Shown here: piece after piece, positions 1 to 8,043 of the stretch
Position numbering within the stretch: position 1 is the first letter of the stretch
Layout: each line of letters begins with the position of its first letter
IMG/VR virus record: IMGVR_UViG_3300003965_000009
Coordinates: 1 to 36,593 of that record
Length of the DNA stretch: 36,593 nt
Source of the DNA: a virus
Taxonomy: Duplodnaviria > Caudoviricetes
Reading direction: 5' to 3' (one strand)
Made by a program: the position numbers and the translations under genes
Notes under the pieces: model-generated
Databases searched by the model: none
Seen by the model: the letters and a program-made list of their open reading frames with translations, nothing else
Told to the model about the DNA's origin: nothing

Positions 1-457
1 CCGTCAGCAGGTCGTTGATGTGGCTCTGCAGGATGGTCTGCAGCAGATGCGGATCGACGCTGATCTCGGCGGCGATCAGGCCCGAGACACGCGCCGGCCA
101 GTTCAGCAGGGCGTCGCGCATGGTGCTGCCGATCTCGTCGAGCGCGGCGTTCGCCTCGTTGACGTCCAGCAGCCTGCGCTTGGTCTCGTCCAGCGAAAGG
201 CGCTGCGCCTCCACCTTCAGGGCAAGCTGCGCGACCTTCAGCCGGGCGAAGGGCGAGCCCTCGGCGCCAGCACCGTTAGCCAAAGGCGAGCGCGCGGGAT
301 CGGCGGTCTCGGCCAGGCGGCGGCGGGTCTTGTCGATGTCCCAACTGCCGTCCGGCTCGCGGGCGATGCGGCCAGCCCGTTCGGCCTTGTGGATCGCGGT
401 GTCGCTGACGCCGAGGCGGCGGGCGGCCTCGCGCGTGGAGGCGGTCAGTTCCGGCAT
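1..457 (-). CDS. Phage terminase small subunit-like protein (Nu1-type, N-terminal HTH); truncated by window edge
   Basis: Not in the ORF track; read manually: ATG at 457, GGAGGT RBS at ~465-470, MPELTASTREAARRLGVSDTAIHKAERAGRI...RDALLNWPARVSGLIAAE..., open to base 1. HTH + coiled coil + LNWPAR pattern and position after the methylase/DUF3489 genes fit the small subunits that precede GpA-type terminases. Confidence 0.7.
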   Translation of the reverse strand, partial: MPELTASTREAARRLGVSDTAIHKAERAGRIAREPDGSWDIDKTRRRLAETADPARSPLANGAGAEGSPFARLKVAQLALKVEAQRLSLDETKRRLLDVNEANAALDEIGSTMRDALLNWPARVSGLIAAEISVDPHLLQTILQSHINDLLT

Positions 458-731
458 GGCGGCGACCTCCCGCCGTAGCGACGCAGGGTGCCGCGCAAAC
501 AAATTAAAGAGTGGAGATGGTGGGGCGACGCACGATGGATGACACTTCGCAAAGGAGCGCCCCGAAAGGACGCACACCGTGCTGTCTGCCCAACGCAACG
601 AAGCAGCAGATGCAGCTAATTTTTAGTTTCCGACACGGCAAGTCGTCCGCATTTAGGCGCGCAATTGGTTTGCGCGCGGGACTGCTCAGGGCTGACGGCG
701 ACCTCCCGCTGCACGAGATGGTCTCAACGAG

Positions 732-765
732 CGAGGGCCCGCTACCTGCCGGCGGCGGGCCCTCG
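732..765. terminator. GC-rich hairpin downstream of the DUF3489 gene
   Basis: CGAGGGCCCGC (732-742) / GCGGGCCCTCG (755-765) perfect 11-bp stem; no clear U-tract. Confidence 0.4.
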
Positions 766-783
766 ACGTGTCCGGAACCGTGG

Positions 784-1641
784 TCAGGCCGGCAGGTGGT
801 AGATGGTGAAGGAGCCCTTCGCCCCCGTCTTGTTGGGGCCGACCATCCGCTCGCGCGACATCACCTCGACCGCGTGGCCCTTTTTCTTCAGGCCAGCGAA
901 GAAGCCGCGTACCGTATGCTGCGCCCAGCCCGTGGCCTCGGCGATCTGCGCGACCGTGGCGCCCTCGGGCCGGCGCAGCATGGCCAGCACCTGCTCCTGC
1001 TTCGTGCCTTCCCGCGGCTTGCGTGGCGCGCCGGGCTCGCGCGGGGCACGGGCCGGCTTGCCAGCGAGCAGGGCGCGTAACGCTTCCATCGGGGCATCGA
1101 GCGCGGCGATCATGTCCGTGGCGCGGTTGGCCTCGTCATCCCAAGCGGCGAGCACCGCGGCGGCAGCGTCGCGCAGGCTGCTGCGCGGCGTGGCGCTGCG
1201 CAACGCCAGGGCCTGGTCGAGGATGGCGATCTCCTCCGTCAAGGGAGCGGGCTGGGCGGCTTCGGCGACCTTGGCGTCCTGCGTCGCGGGCTCCGCGGCG
1301 GGCGCCACCGTGGGCGCCGTGTGGGGCACGCTGCCCTCGACGCCTGAGCAGTCGGGCTCGCCGGCCACCGCGCCGCCCTCGTTTGGGTCGATGCCGATGG
1401 CCCTCAGCCCTTCGTCGGTGATCCGCGCCACGATCCAGGTACCGTCGTCATCCTGCCGCCAGCCCAGCCCGACCTGCTCGCGCGAAGCATTGATCTCGGT
1501 GAGCAAGTTGTTCTTGATCAGGCTGCGGAACACCGCGTTGCGCGCGGCGGCCGGTAGGGTCTTCGGTGCATGGGCGAGGCCCATCTGATGCTGCGCGGCG
1601 GCGCTCAGGATCATCGACTGCGTTTCGGAAAGCTTGGTCAT
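784..1641 (-). CDS. DUF3489 domain protein (C-terminal HTH)
   Basis: Start MTKLSETQ with GGAG RBS; C-terminal REGTKQEQVLAMLRRPEGATVAQIAEATGWAQHTVRGF is the DUF3489 signature; 285 aa. Confidence 0.85.
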   Translation of the reverse strand: MTKLSETQSMILSAAAQHQMGLAHAPKTLPAAARNAVFRSLIKNNLLTEINASREQVGLGWRQDDDGTWIVARITDEGLRAIGIDPNEGGAVAGEPDCSGVEGSVPHTAPTVAPAAEPATQDAKVAEAAQPAPLTEEIAILDQALALRSATPRSSLRDAAAAVLAAWDDEANRATDMIAALDAPMEALRALLAGKPARAPREPGAPRKPREGTKQEQVLAMLRRPEGATVAQIAEATGWAQHTVRGFFAGLKKKGHAVEVMSRERMVGPNKTGAKGSFTIYHLPA

Positions 1642-1736
1642 CGTGGTGGTCTCCGGTTCCGGGTGCCGGTCATCGGCCCCTACTGCCGGGAGCCCCGCCG
1701 GCGCAGCCGGTCGGGGCGGTGCGGGAGCGGCCCGCG

Positions 1737-1973
1737 TCAGGCGGCGTATTCGCCGCGGCGGAAATGCTGGTCCGCGATGTCCTTCAGCTTCGCAGTGGCA
1801 TCCGAAAGCCAAGCTGCTTTGCCCCAAAGCACCGTCTCGGGGTCCGCGTCGAAATGGTCCGCGCTGGCCTGCGTGAGTTCCGCGAGGAGGGCGTCGAATT
1901 CGGCCTTCTTCGCGAGGAAGGCGGCCAGGCTACGCTCCTGGTTGCCGGCGGCGCGGGCTTCGCGGTCGGTCAT
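1737..1973 (-). CDS. Small conserved prophage hypothetical protein (78 aa)
   Basis: ATG with GGAGACCACG RBS; LAAFLAKKAEFDALLAEL...DHFDADPETVLWG...GEYAA, a type usually found next to DUF3489. Confidence 0.75.
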   Translation of the reverse strand: MTDREARAAGNQERSLAAFLAKKAEFDALLAELTQASADHFDADPETVLWGKAAWLSDATAKLKDIADQHFRRGEYAA

Positions 1974-2072
1974 CGTGGTCTCCGTCTGTTGCTGCAGGGC
2001 ATTCCCTGCGTGTGACGGACCATTCGCGCTGTGCCGCGCACGAGCCAAGCAAGACGCAGCGTCGTGAGATTG

Positions 2073-3341
2073 CTATGTTTCGGCGGTCTGGATCACATCA
2101 TGATCGACGACGCCACGCGCCGCGGCGACATCGGCGAAGATGCGATCATCACCTTCCAGCACGGCGGCCTCGCCGGTGGTCTCCTGCCAGCGCCGCACGA
2201 TCACGTCGGCATAAGCGGGGTCGATCTCCAGCAAGACAGCGCGGCGCCCCGTGCGTTCGGCGGCGATCATGGTGGTGCCCGAGCCGCCGAAGCAGTCCAG
2301 CACGGTGTCGCGCGGCTTGCTGCTGTTGCGGATGGCGCGCTCCACTAGCGCCACCGGCTTCATCGTCGGATGCAGGTCGTTGCGCGCCGGCTTGTCGAAG
2401 TGCCAGACGTTCCCCTGGTCGCGCGCGCCGCACCAGTAGTGCTGGGAGCCAGCCTTCCAGCCATAGAGCATCGCCTCGAACTGCTGGTGGTAGTCGGCGC
2501 GGCCAAGGGCGAAGGTGTTCTTCGCCCAGATGATCGTGCTGGACCATTTGCCGCCCGCCTCCTGCCAGACGCGATGCAGCGTCGGCCATTCGGAAGAGGA
2601 CATGCAGACGTAGCAGGCGCCCTTCGTGACCGAGAGCATGTTGGCCAGCGCGGGGCGGAGGAACTCGGAAAAGCCGCCGCCGAGCGCGTCGTTGGCGATG
2701 GTCATCTTGGCCGCGGTGCCGCCCTCGTAGGCGACATTATAGGGTGGATCGACGAAGCCCATGTCGGCCAGGTTGCCGGCGCCAAGGGCGCGCTGCACGT
2801 CCTCGATCTTGGTGGCATCGCCGCACAGCAGGCGGTGCTCCCCGCAGCGCCAAAAGTCGCCGGTGCGAGTGACGGGCACCACGGGCGGTGGCGGCGCATC
2901 GTCCGCATCATCGCCGAGACCAGCGTCGGCAGCCGCCAGTAGCCGGTCCAGCTCCATTCCGGAGAAGCCGAGCACATCCAGGTCGACCACCGCCTCGTCG
3001 CGGATGCGGACGATCTCGGCGGCGAGCAGCGCCTCGTCCCAGCCCGAATTCAGCGCGATCTGGTTGTCGGCTAGGCGCAGCGCACGCGCCTGCGCCGGGG
3101 AGAGGTGGCCCAGCCGCAGCACCGGCACCGAGGCGAGCCCAAGCTGCTTCGCGGCCATGACGCGGCCGTGGCCGGCAATCAGCACGCCCTCTGCGTCGAC
3201 GAGCACCGGGTTTACGAAACCGAACTCGGCGATGGAGGCCGCGATCTGCGCGACCTGCGACGGCGAATGCGTCCGGGCGTTCTCGGCATACAGGACAAGT
3301 CCCGCCACCGGCATGCTGCTCACCACGAGATCAAGCTGCAT
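2073..3341 (-). CDS. ParB/Srx-N-terminal DNA amino-methyltransferase (beta class, DPPY)
   Basis: NARTHS...IAGHGR...LADN ParB-like domain; DPPYN motif IV; HPTMKP; DCFGGSGTT motif I; start MQLDLVV overlaps the upstream gene end; 422 aa. Confidence 0.9.
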   Translation of the reverse strand: MQLDLVVSSMPVAGLVLYAENARTHSPSQVAQIAASIAEFGFVNPVLVDAEGVLIAGHGRVMAAKQLGLASVPVLRLGHLSPAQARALRLADNQIALNSGWDEALLAAEIVRIRDEAVVDLDVLGFSGMELDRLLAAADAGLGDDADDAPPPPVVPVTRTGDFWRCGEHRLLCGDATKIEDVQRALGAGNLADMGFVDPPYNVAYEGGTAAKMTIANDALGGGFSEFLRPALANMLSVTKGACYVCMSSSEWPTLHRVWQEAGGKWSSTIIWAKNTFALGRADYHQQFEAMLYGWKAGSQHYWCGARDQGNVWHFDKPARNDLHPTMKPVALVERAIRNSSKPRDTVLDCFGGSGTTMIAAERTGRRAVLLEIDPAYADVIVRRWQETTGEAAVLEGDDRIFADVAAARGVVDHDVIQTAET

Positions 3342-4800
3342 TGGCAGTGACCTCCGTCCGTGCCGCGGCAACGGCGTCGTAATCGCGGTCATCGTCGGCC
3401 AGCGTGACCGGGAGGTCGGGATGCAGCATCCGCCACCGCGCCACGGCCAGGTCGACATAGGCTGGCGCCAGCTCGATCGCACGGACGCGGCGGCTGGTGC
3501 GCTGGCCGGCCAGGATCGTGGTGCCGCTGCCACCGAATGGCTCGATCACCACGTCGCCCTCGTCCGTGTAGGTGCGCATCAGGAATTCCGGCAGCACGAC
3601 CGGGAACACCGCCGGGTGCTCCGTCTCGATGCCGCGGCCCTTATGGCGCGTGAGGCGCAGCACGTTGTCCGGGATCCGGAAGTCCTGCACCGGCAGGCCG
3701 GCATGCTGGTATTCCGAGATGGTCCCGTCGGCGGCGCGCAGCCCGCTGCCCTTGTTCGGCGTGCCGGCCCATTTGCAGGGCACGATCTTGTTCGCCTGGC
3801 GGGCCTGGCGGTTAAAATGGAAGACCAACTCGAAGGCAGGCGCGAGGCGGCCGTTCCAGTCGCCGGGGAGGCCCGGTCCCTGATCCCAGGTGTAGAGCCC
3901 GAAGCGGCGCCAGCCGCGAGCGCGCATCCAGTCGAGCCAGCCCGACCAATACGGGATCCATTCGCTGTCGCGGTGGATCAGCCCGAGGTTTACCAGCACC
4001 TGGCCATCGGGCCGCATGGCCGCGTCGAGATGCTGGAACACACCCTGCATCAGCGCATCCCAATCCGTGACGCCGCCGGTCGTGTAGTCGCGCTGGTTTC
4101 CATAGGGCGGCGAAGTGAAGAGCAGCGCCGCGCGGTCGTCGCCCATCACGCGCGCCACGCTGGCGGCGTCCGTGCTGTCGCCGCAGAGGAGACGGTGGTC
4201 GCCCAGCAGCCAGAGATCGCCAGGCCGGGTGACAGCCTGGCGCGGCGGCTCCGGATCAGCGTCGGCGGGGCCCTCCGCCGGACCCTCCTCCGCCACCGCA
4301 GCGCCAGTCGCACCGCCCGGCTGGGCGGGATCCGCGGACAGAGCCTCGGGCGCGTCGCCGTCGGACACGGCATCTCCTGCCGCCGCGAGGATGTCCGCGA
4401 GCTCATCCGCCGAGAAGCCGAGCGCGGCGAGGTCGATGTCCTGCGCCGACTGCACCGCGGCCAGCGCATCACGCAGCAGCGCCTGGTCCCAGGTCGCGTT
4501 TTCCGCGATGCGATTGTCGGCGAGCCGCAGCGCCTCCTTCTGTGCCGCGGAAAGATGCCGCAGCACGATCACCGGCACCTTGGCGATGCCGAGCGCCGCC
4601 GCGGCCTCGAGCCGACTATGGCCGGCGATCAGCACGCCGTCCTCATCCACCAGCAGCGGGTTGGTGAAGCCGAAGGCCAGCATGCTGACCTTGATCTGCT
4701 CCAGCTGCTCGGCGCTGTGCACGCGCGCGTTGCCGGCATGCGGGCGCAGCTCCGCCACCGGACGCAGCAGGATCTTCGCCGCCATCCAGGGGAGCGTCAT
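3331..4800 (-). CDS. ParB/Srx-N-terminal DNA amino-methyltransferase (beta class, SPPY, probably N4-C)
   Basis: NARVHS...IAGHSR...LADN; TSPPYG; HPAVFP; EPFGGSGTT; 489 aa. Confidence 0.9.
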   Translation of the reverse strand: MTLPWMAAKILLRPVAELRPHAGNARVHSAEQLEQIKVSMLAFGFTNPLLVDEDGVLIAGHSRLEAAAALGIAKVPVIVLRHLSAAQKEALRLADNRIAENATWDQALLRDALAAVQSAQDIDLAALGFSADELADILAAAGDAVSDGDAPEALSADPAQPGGATGAAVAEEGPAEGPADADPEPPRQAVTRPGDLWLLGDHRLLCGDSTDAASVARVMGDDRAALLFTSPPYGNQRDYTTGGVTDWDALMQGVFQHLDAAMRPDGQVLVNLGLIHRDSEWIPYWSGWLDWMRARGWRRFGLYTWDQGPGLPGDWNGRLAPAFELVFHFNRQARQANKIVPCKWAGTPNKGSGLRAADGTISEYQHAGLPVQDFRIPDNVLRLTRHKGRGIETEHPAVFPVVLPEFLMRTYTDEGDVVIEPFGGSGTTILAGQRTSRRVRAIELAPAYVDLAVARWRMLHPDLPVTLADDDRDYDAVAAARTEVTANAA

Positions 4801-5040
4801 CGGGCCATCCGGTGCGAGGGGTGGGGCAGCTCGCGGTACGCCTGCGCACCACTATTCGACGCTGCTGGCGCGCTGTCTCGATGTGCCGACAGGGCGGGGC
4901 TGGGCGCTGCCGCTCGTAAGGCGTTCTGGAGCTACAAAATGATTGTCGCCATGCATGGGAGAGGCATAGGCTCGACCCCTCCGCTTAGCCGTGTGCCTGG
5001 ACGGATAGAGCGCAGGCTCGGCAAGAAGGGATCAGCGAGC

Positions 5041-5337
5041 ATGACCGCCTTCAACTCTGTCAGATTTCGCGTGAAGCCGGGCCGTGAGCAGGACTTCCTC
5101 GACGCGCATGCCAACGTCCATCAGGCTTGGCCGGGCCTCGTGCACGCTAACATCATCAAGACTGGCGATCAGACCTACAGCATCATCGCCGAGTGGACCG
5201 GCGTCGATGCGCTTTCGCAGGCTCGACCGAGCATGATCGCGACACTCAATTCCTTCCGCGACACGCTGGAAGATCTTGGTGGTGGTCTTGGGGTTACAGA
5301 TGCCGCGTCAGGGCCCGTGGTGATGACACTCAAATAG
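5041..5337 (+). CDS. Small dimeric alpha/beta-barrel (ABM/DUF718-like) protein, moron-like
   Basis: MTAFNSVRFRVKPGREQDFLDAH...YSIIAEW... ABM-like pattern; AAGAAGGG RBS; 98 aa at the end of an otherwise spurious 858-aa shadow ORF. Confidence 0.75.
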   Translation: MTAFNSVRFRVKPGREQDFLDAHANVHQAWPGLVHANIIKTGDQTYSIIAEWTGVDALSQARPSMIATLNSFRDTLEDLGGGLGVTDAASGPVVMTLK

Positions 5338-5376
5338 ATGTGAACAAGTTTTGATGCGAACAAAGGTGCCAGTGGC

Positions 5377-5519
5377 TGCAAACCTGGTGGGCATGGTTTG
5401 CGGGCTATCTGTTTGATCGCACTGCGGAAAGGGTGCAAACTGCAAACCATAAATCCGGCCTGGCGCTAGCGACCTTGCGCGCTTCCGCCCCCCGCATACA
5501 GCAGGGCCAGGAAGGACCC
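5377..5519 (-). other. Putative cos packaging site (cosQ/cosN-like, plus cosB-like GCAAAC repeats)
   Basis: Minus strand GGGTCCT (5519-5513, identical to lambda cosQ), then TCCTGGCCCTGCTGTATGCG-GGGGGCGGAAGC-GCGCA; TGCAAAC at 5377, 5434 and 5441, inverted GGTTTGC at 5395. Confidence 0.6.
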
Positions 5520-5665
5520 TGCGGCTCGAGAGCCACAGTGGCTGATCAGCTGGCGAGTGGCTCGGGAGCCGCGGTGCTCGACGCACCTTCTCAACGTGTC
5601 ACCATCATAGCCAACTCGATTTGCGCGCCGCCATGGGGTCTATTGTAACAGCGCAGCCGAGATGT

Positions 5666-6001
5666 TCAGAGCGATGCCGACGCTCGCTCGACCGCGTCAC
5701 GCGACGCCTGCAGCGCAGCGAGGGTGAGGCCAGCCTGCTTCACGGCGGCGGCTTCGCCTGGATCGCCGTAGGTCACCTGCTCCTCAGCGTCGGCAACGCC
5801 CGCAACGATCTGCTCGCGCAGCTCGTCCAGCCACGTCTTTGCGTCGGATGGATCGGCGTCGGGCTCGCGCAGCCATTCGGCGACGATCATCTCGACCTCG
5901 CGTGCGATGCGGTGCGGCGGCACGCCCTTCGCGGCGAGCGCCATCAGTCGGACAATCGCGGCGTCAACGGGACGCACCCGTGCCTGCCTCCGAGCGGCCA
6001 T
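5666..6001 (-). CDS. Hypothetical protein (111 aa), preceded by a LexA box
   Basis: ATG at 6001 with AAAGGAGAAG RBS; helical protein with GC-rich codon usage. Confidence 0.65.
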   Translation of the reverse strand: MAARRQARVRPVDAAIVRLMALAAKGVPPHRIAREVEMIVAEWLREPDADPSDAKTWLDELREQIVAGVADAEEQVTYGDPGEAAAVKQAGLTLAALQASRDAVERASASL

Positions 6002-6037
6002 AGATCTTCTCCTTTCGGTTCCCGATCTGCATAGCAC

Positions 6038-6052
6038 GTTCTTGTCTTGTTC
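6038..6052. promoter_or_regulatory. Alphaproteobacterial LexA (SOS) box GTTC-N7-GTTC
   Basis: GTTC TTGTCTT GTTC exact match, intergenic, 36 bp upstream of the 6001 start. Confidence 0.65.
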
Positions 6053-6076
6053 TCATAGGGGGAGCTATGGTCAGGC

Positions 6077-6289
6077 ATGCCCGATGGCGACCAGCCCCGC
6101 TCTGCGCTGCCGTGGCTCAGTCGGGCTACGGTGGCGGCTGCGCGGGCAGCACGCCGCCCGCCTGGCGCGCTTGCCTGTACGGGTGAAAGCGATAGCAAGG
6201 CTGTGCGCGATGTCGTCCTGGCACACCACCCAGCCTTGCCGCTCACGATGATCGCCGAGGCCGTCGCCTACGTCCTCGGCTCCGAATGA
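6077..6289 (+). CDS. Possible small hypothetical protein (70 aa)
   Basis: Fills the gap between minus-strand genes, GGAG upstream; no recognisable motif. Confidence 0.35.
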   Translation: MPDGDQPRSALPWLSRATVAAARAARRPPGALACTGESDSKAVRDVVLAHHPALPLTMIAEAVAYVLGSE

Positions 6290-6301
6290 CGACGCCCCGC
6301 G

Positions 6302-6856
6302 TCACGCCGCCTGTGATCGCGGCATCAGCCCGAAGTGCATCGCCAGTATGCCGAGTGCCGCGACCAGCATGCCACCCGCGATCGGCTGCGGGACTGGCTT
6401 GCCGCTCCAGCCTTGGCGGGCCGCCCATTCGCGGACCGACATCTCGAGGCCGACGACGAACCACGCGCAAGAGCCGGCCGGGCTGTCGTGGCCACCCAAG
6501 GCATCCAGCGCCGCGAGAACGCGGCGGCGCGCGTCGAGCTGGCGGTTGGACATCGTGCCTGCGGTCGATCCGGGCAGGTAGATCAACTGCGAGGTGGACA
6601 TGCTGTCGATCGCGGCGCTGCGGAACAGCGCCCGGAAGATGCAGCCCGCCTCGTGCATCTGCGGCGTGATGTTTCCGTTGGCCAGCATCATGCCGAGCGT
6701 GTCCACGGCGCGACGATGCGCCACGGGCGACCCTGTGTCCGGGTCCGCCTCGCGGATCGGCTCCGAGAACCCGCCATGCTGCAGCCGCCATTTCGAGGGC
6801 TTTGCCAGGTCGTCCTGCTTGGGCTTCGCCGCTTTTGACTTCCGCTTAACGGCCAT
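6302..6856 (-). CDS. DUF6456-like phage protein (late-regulator/antiterminator position)
   Basis: Start MAVKRKS with GGAGAG RBS; DTLGMMLANGNITPQMHEAG...CAWFVVGLEMSVREWA...LAMHFG; lies just upstream of cos; 184 aa. Confidence 0.7.
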   Translation of the reverse strand: MAVKRKSKAAKPKQDDLAKPSKWRLQHGGFSEPIREADPDTGSPVAHRRAVDTLGMMLANGNITPQMHEAGCIFRALFRSAAIDSMSTSQLIYLPGSTAGTMSNRQLDARRRVLAALDALGGHDSPAGSCAWFVVGLEMSVREWAARQGWSGKPVPQPIAGGMLVAALGILAMHFGLMPRSQAA

Positions 6857-7076
6857 GGTGATTCTCTCCATTGCGACGCCCCCAGCGCCGATTAGCTTCG
6901 TTGGTGATGGCCTGGCGCAGCCAGTCGTCGGTGATGTCGGCGACCGGCAGGGCGGCGACGCCATGCCGATGCCAGGCGGCAGCCCGCATGGCATTGACCT
7001 CGGCGTCGTTCGTCGGGCTGCGCGTGCCCCGGTCGAGACAGGACCGAGGCGGCTGCGGTGCGCCGTGCAAGCTCAT
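6846..7076 (-). CDS. Small conserved phage hypothetical protein (76 aa)
   Basis: ATGA overlap with the RuvC-like gene; AAAWHRHGVAAL...ITDDWLRQAITNEANRRWG. Confidence 0.65.
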   Translation of the reverse strand: MSLHGAPQPPRSCLDRGTRSPTNDAEVNAMRAAAWHRHGVAALPVADITDDWLRQAITNEANRRWGRRNGENHHGR

Positions 7077-7618
7077 GCGCGGCCTCCGGTGGGATCGGTC
7101 GCCCAGAGCAGCAGAGCGATGGCGTCTGCCTCATTGTCGTCGGCAGGCAGAAAGCCGCGAGCTCGGACGGCCTCGATCATCGCCGCCTTGTCGGCAGTGC
7201 CCTTGCCGGTGGCGTAGCGCTTGATCGTGCCGACCGGCACGCCCTCATAGGGGACCTCATGCTCCTCGCACCAGGCCGTAAGGGTGCCGAGGAAGCCGCC
7301 GTAAACGTGGCTGGCGTCCGTTCCGGCGTGCCGGCGCACCTCCTCGAACACCACACGTCGGAGACCGTGCGCGTGCATGGCGATTTCGACGAGCCAGTCG
7401 GTGAAGCGCAGAAAGCGCATCCCGCCGCCTTCGAAGCGACCGGGCTTGAAAGTCATGGTGCCGGAGGTCGTCCCGCCATCCCCGAAGCGCAGGGCCCAGC
7501 CGGTGGTGGTGCCGAGATCCAGGGCGAGGATGCCGGGCTTGCGCGGCCGGTAGAGATTGGGATCGGGCAGGACGGTGCTTGCGTCAGGGGCGGGCATGGT
7601 GAGAGTCGCGAAATCCAT
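7073..7618 (-). CDS. Phage RuvC-like Holliday junction resolvase
   Basis: ILALDLGTTTGWA, FEEV, ATGKGTADK and DDNEADAIALL acidic motifs; start at 7618 with GGAG RBS; 181 aa. Confidence 0.85.
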   Translation of the reverse strand: MDFATLTMPAPDASTVLPDPNLYRPRKPGILALDLGTTTGWALRFGDGGTTSGTMTFKPGRFEGGGMRFLRFTDWLVEIAMHAHGLRRVVFEEVRRHAGTDASHVYGGFLGTLTAWCEEHEVPYEGVPVGTIKRYATGKGTADKAAMIEAVRARGFLPADDNEADAIALLLWATDPTGGRA

Positions 7619-7790
7619 GGTGGTCTCCGAAAGGGGATGATCCTGGTGAGGGCGGCGACGGCGCGGTTCTTGGCGGAGCTCGCCGTCGCTGCCCGGCTTG
7701 GTGGGAAGTGGCCCCAGTGTGGGCGGTCCCCGGACCCGAACCAGGCGTCCCCGGGTGTGGTGTGCGCGCGTCTTTGGGACGCGCACGCAC

Positions 7791-8015
7791 ACCCCCCGTA
7801 GGGGGGTAGCATTTTGCGGAACTTGCGGAACTTGCCTAAGCGACTGATTTCGCGAGCTATTTTGAAGTTCCGCAAACAAGTTCCGCAGAGCCTCGCTGCG
7901 GAACTTGCGGAACTTAGTCAACCCACTGATATCGCTGGACGATTCAAGTTCCGCAGGGAAGTTCCGCAGGCTTGCGGAACTTGCGGAACATGGGAGTTCC
8001 GCAGCAAGTTGCGCA
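7791..8015. repeat. Iteron-like array of 12 TGCGGAACT 9-mers in alternating direct/inverted pairs; probable replication origin
   Basis: Forward copies at 7815, 7824, 7897, 7906, 7973, 7982; reverse copies at 7866, 7879, 7947, 7960, 7995, 8007 (two have 1 mismatch); adjacent hairpin ACCCCCC-GTA-GGGGGGT at 7791-7807. Confidence 0.85.
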
Positions 8016-8043
8016 CAGTGCGATGGCGCATCGAATTGGCGTT

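Noticed and set aside
458-783. Coding gene in the terS-DUF3489 spacer (ORF 511-1080)
   Set aside because: Overlaps DUF3489 antisense, has no motifs, and the AT-rich patches look regulatory rather than coding.
2761-5040. 858-aa plus-strand ORF as a single protein
   Set aside because: Antisense shadow of the two methylases in high-GC DNA; only the last 98 codons with their own RBS look like a real gene.
7815-8015. CRISPR array (short repeats near a Cas4-like gene)
   Set aside because: Repeats are 9 bp, in both orientations, without unique 30-40 bp spacers; no cas1/cas2; the Cas4-like gene sits in a phage recombination operon.
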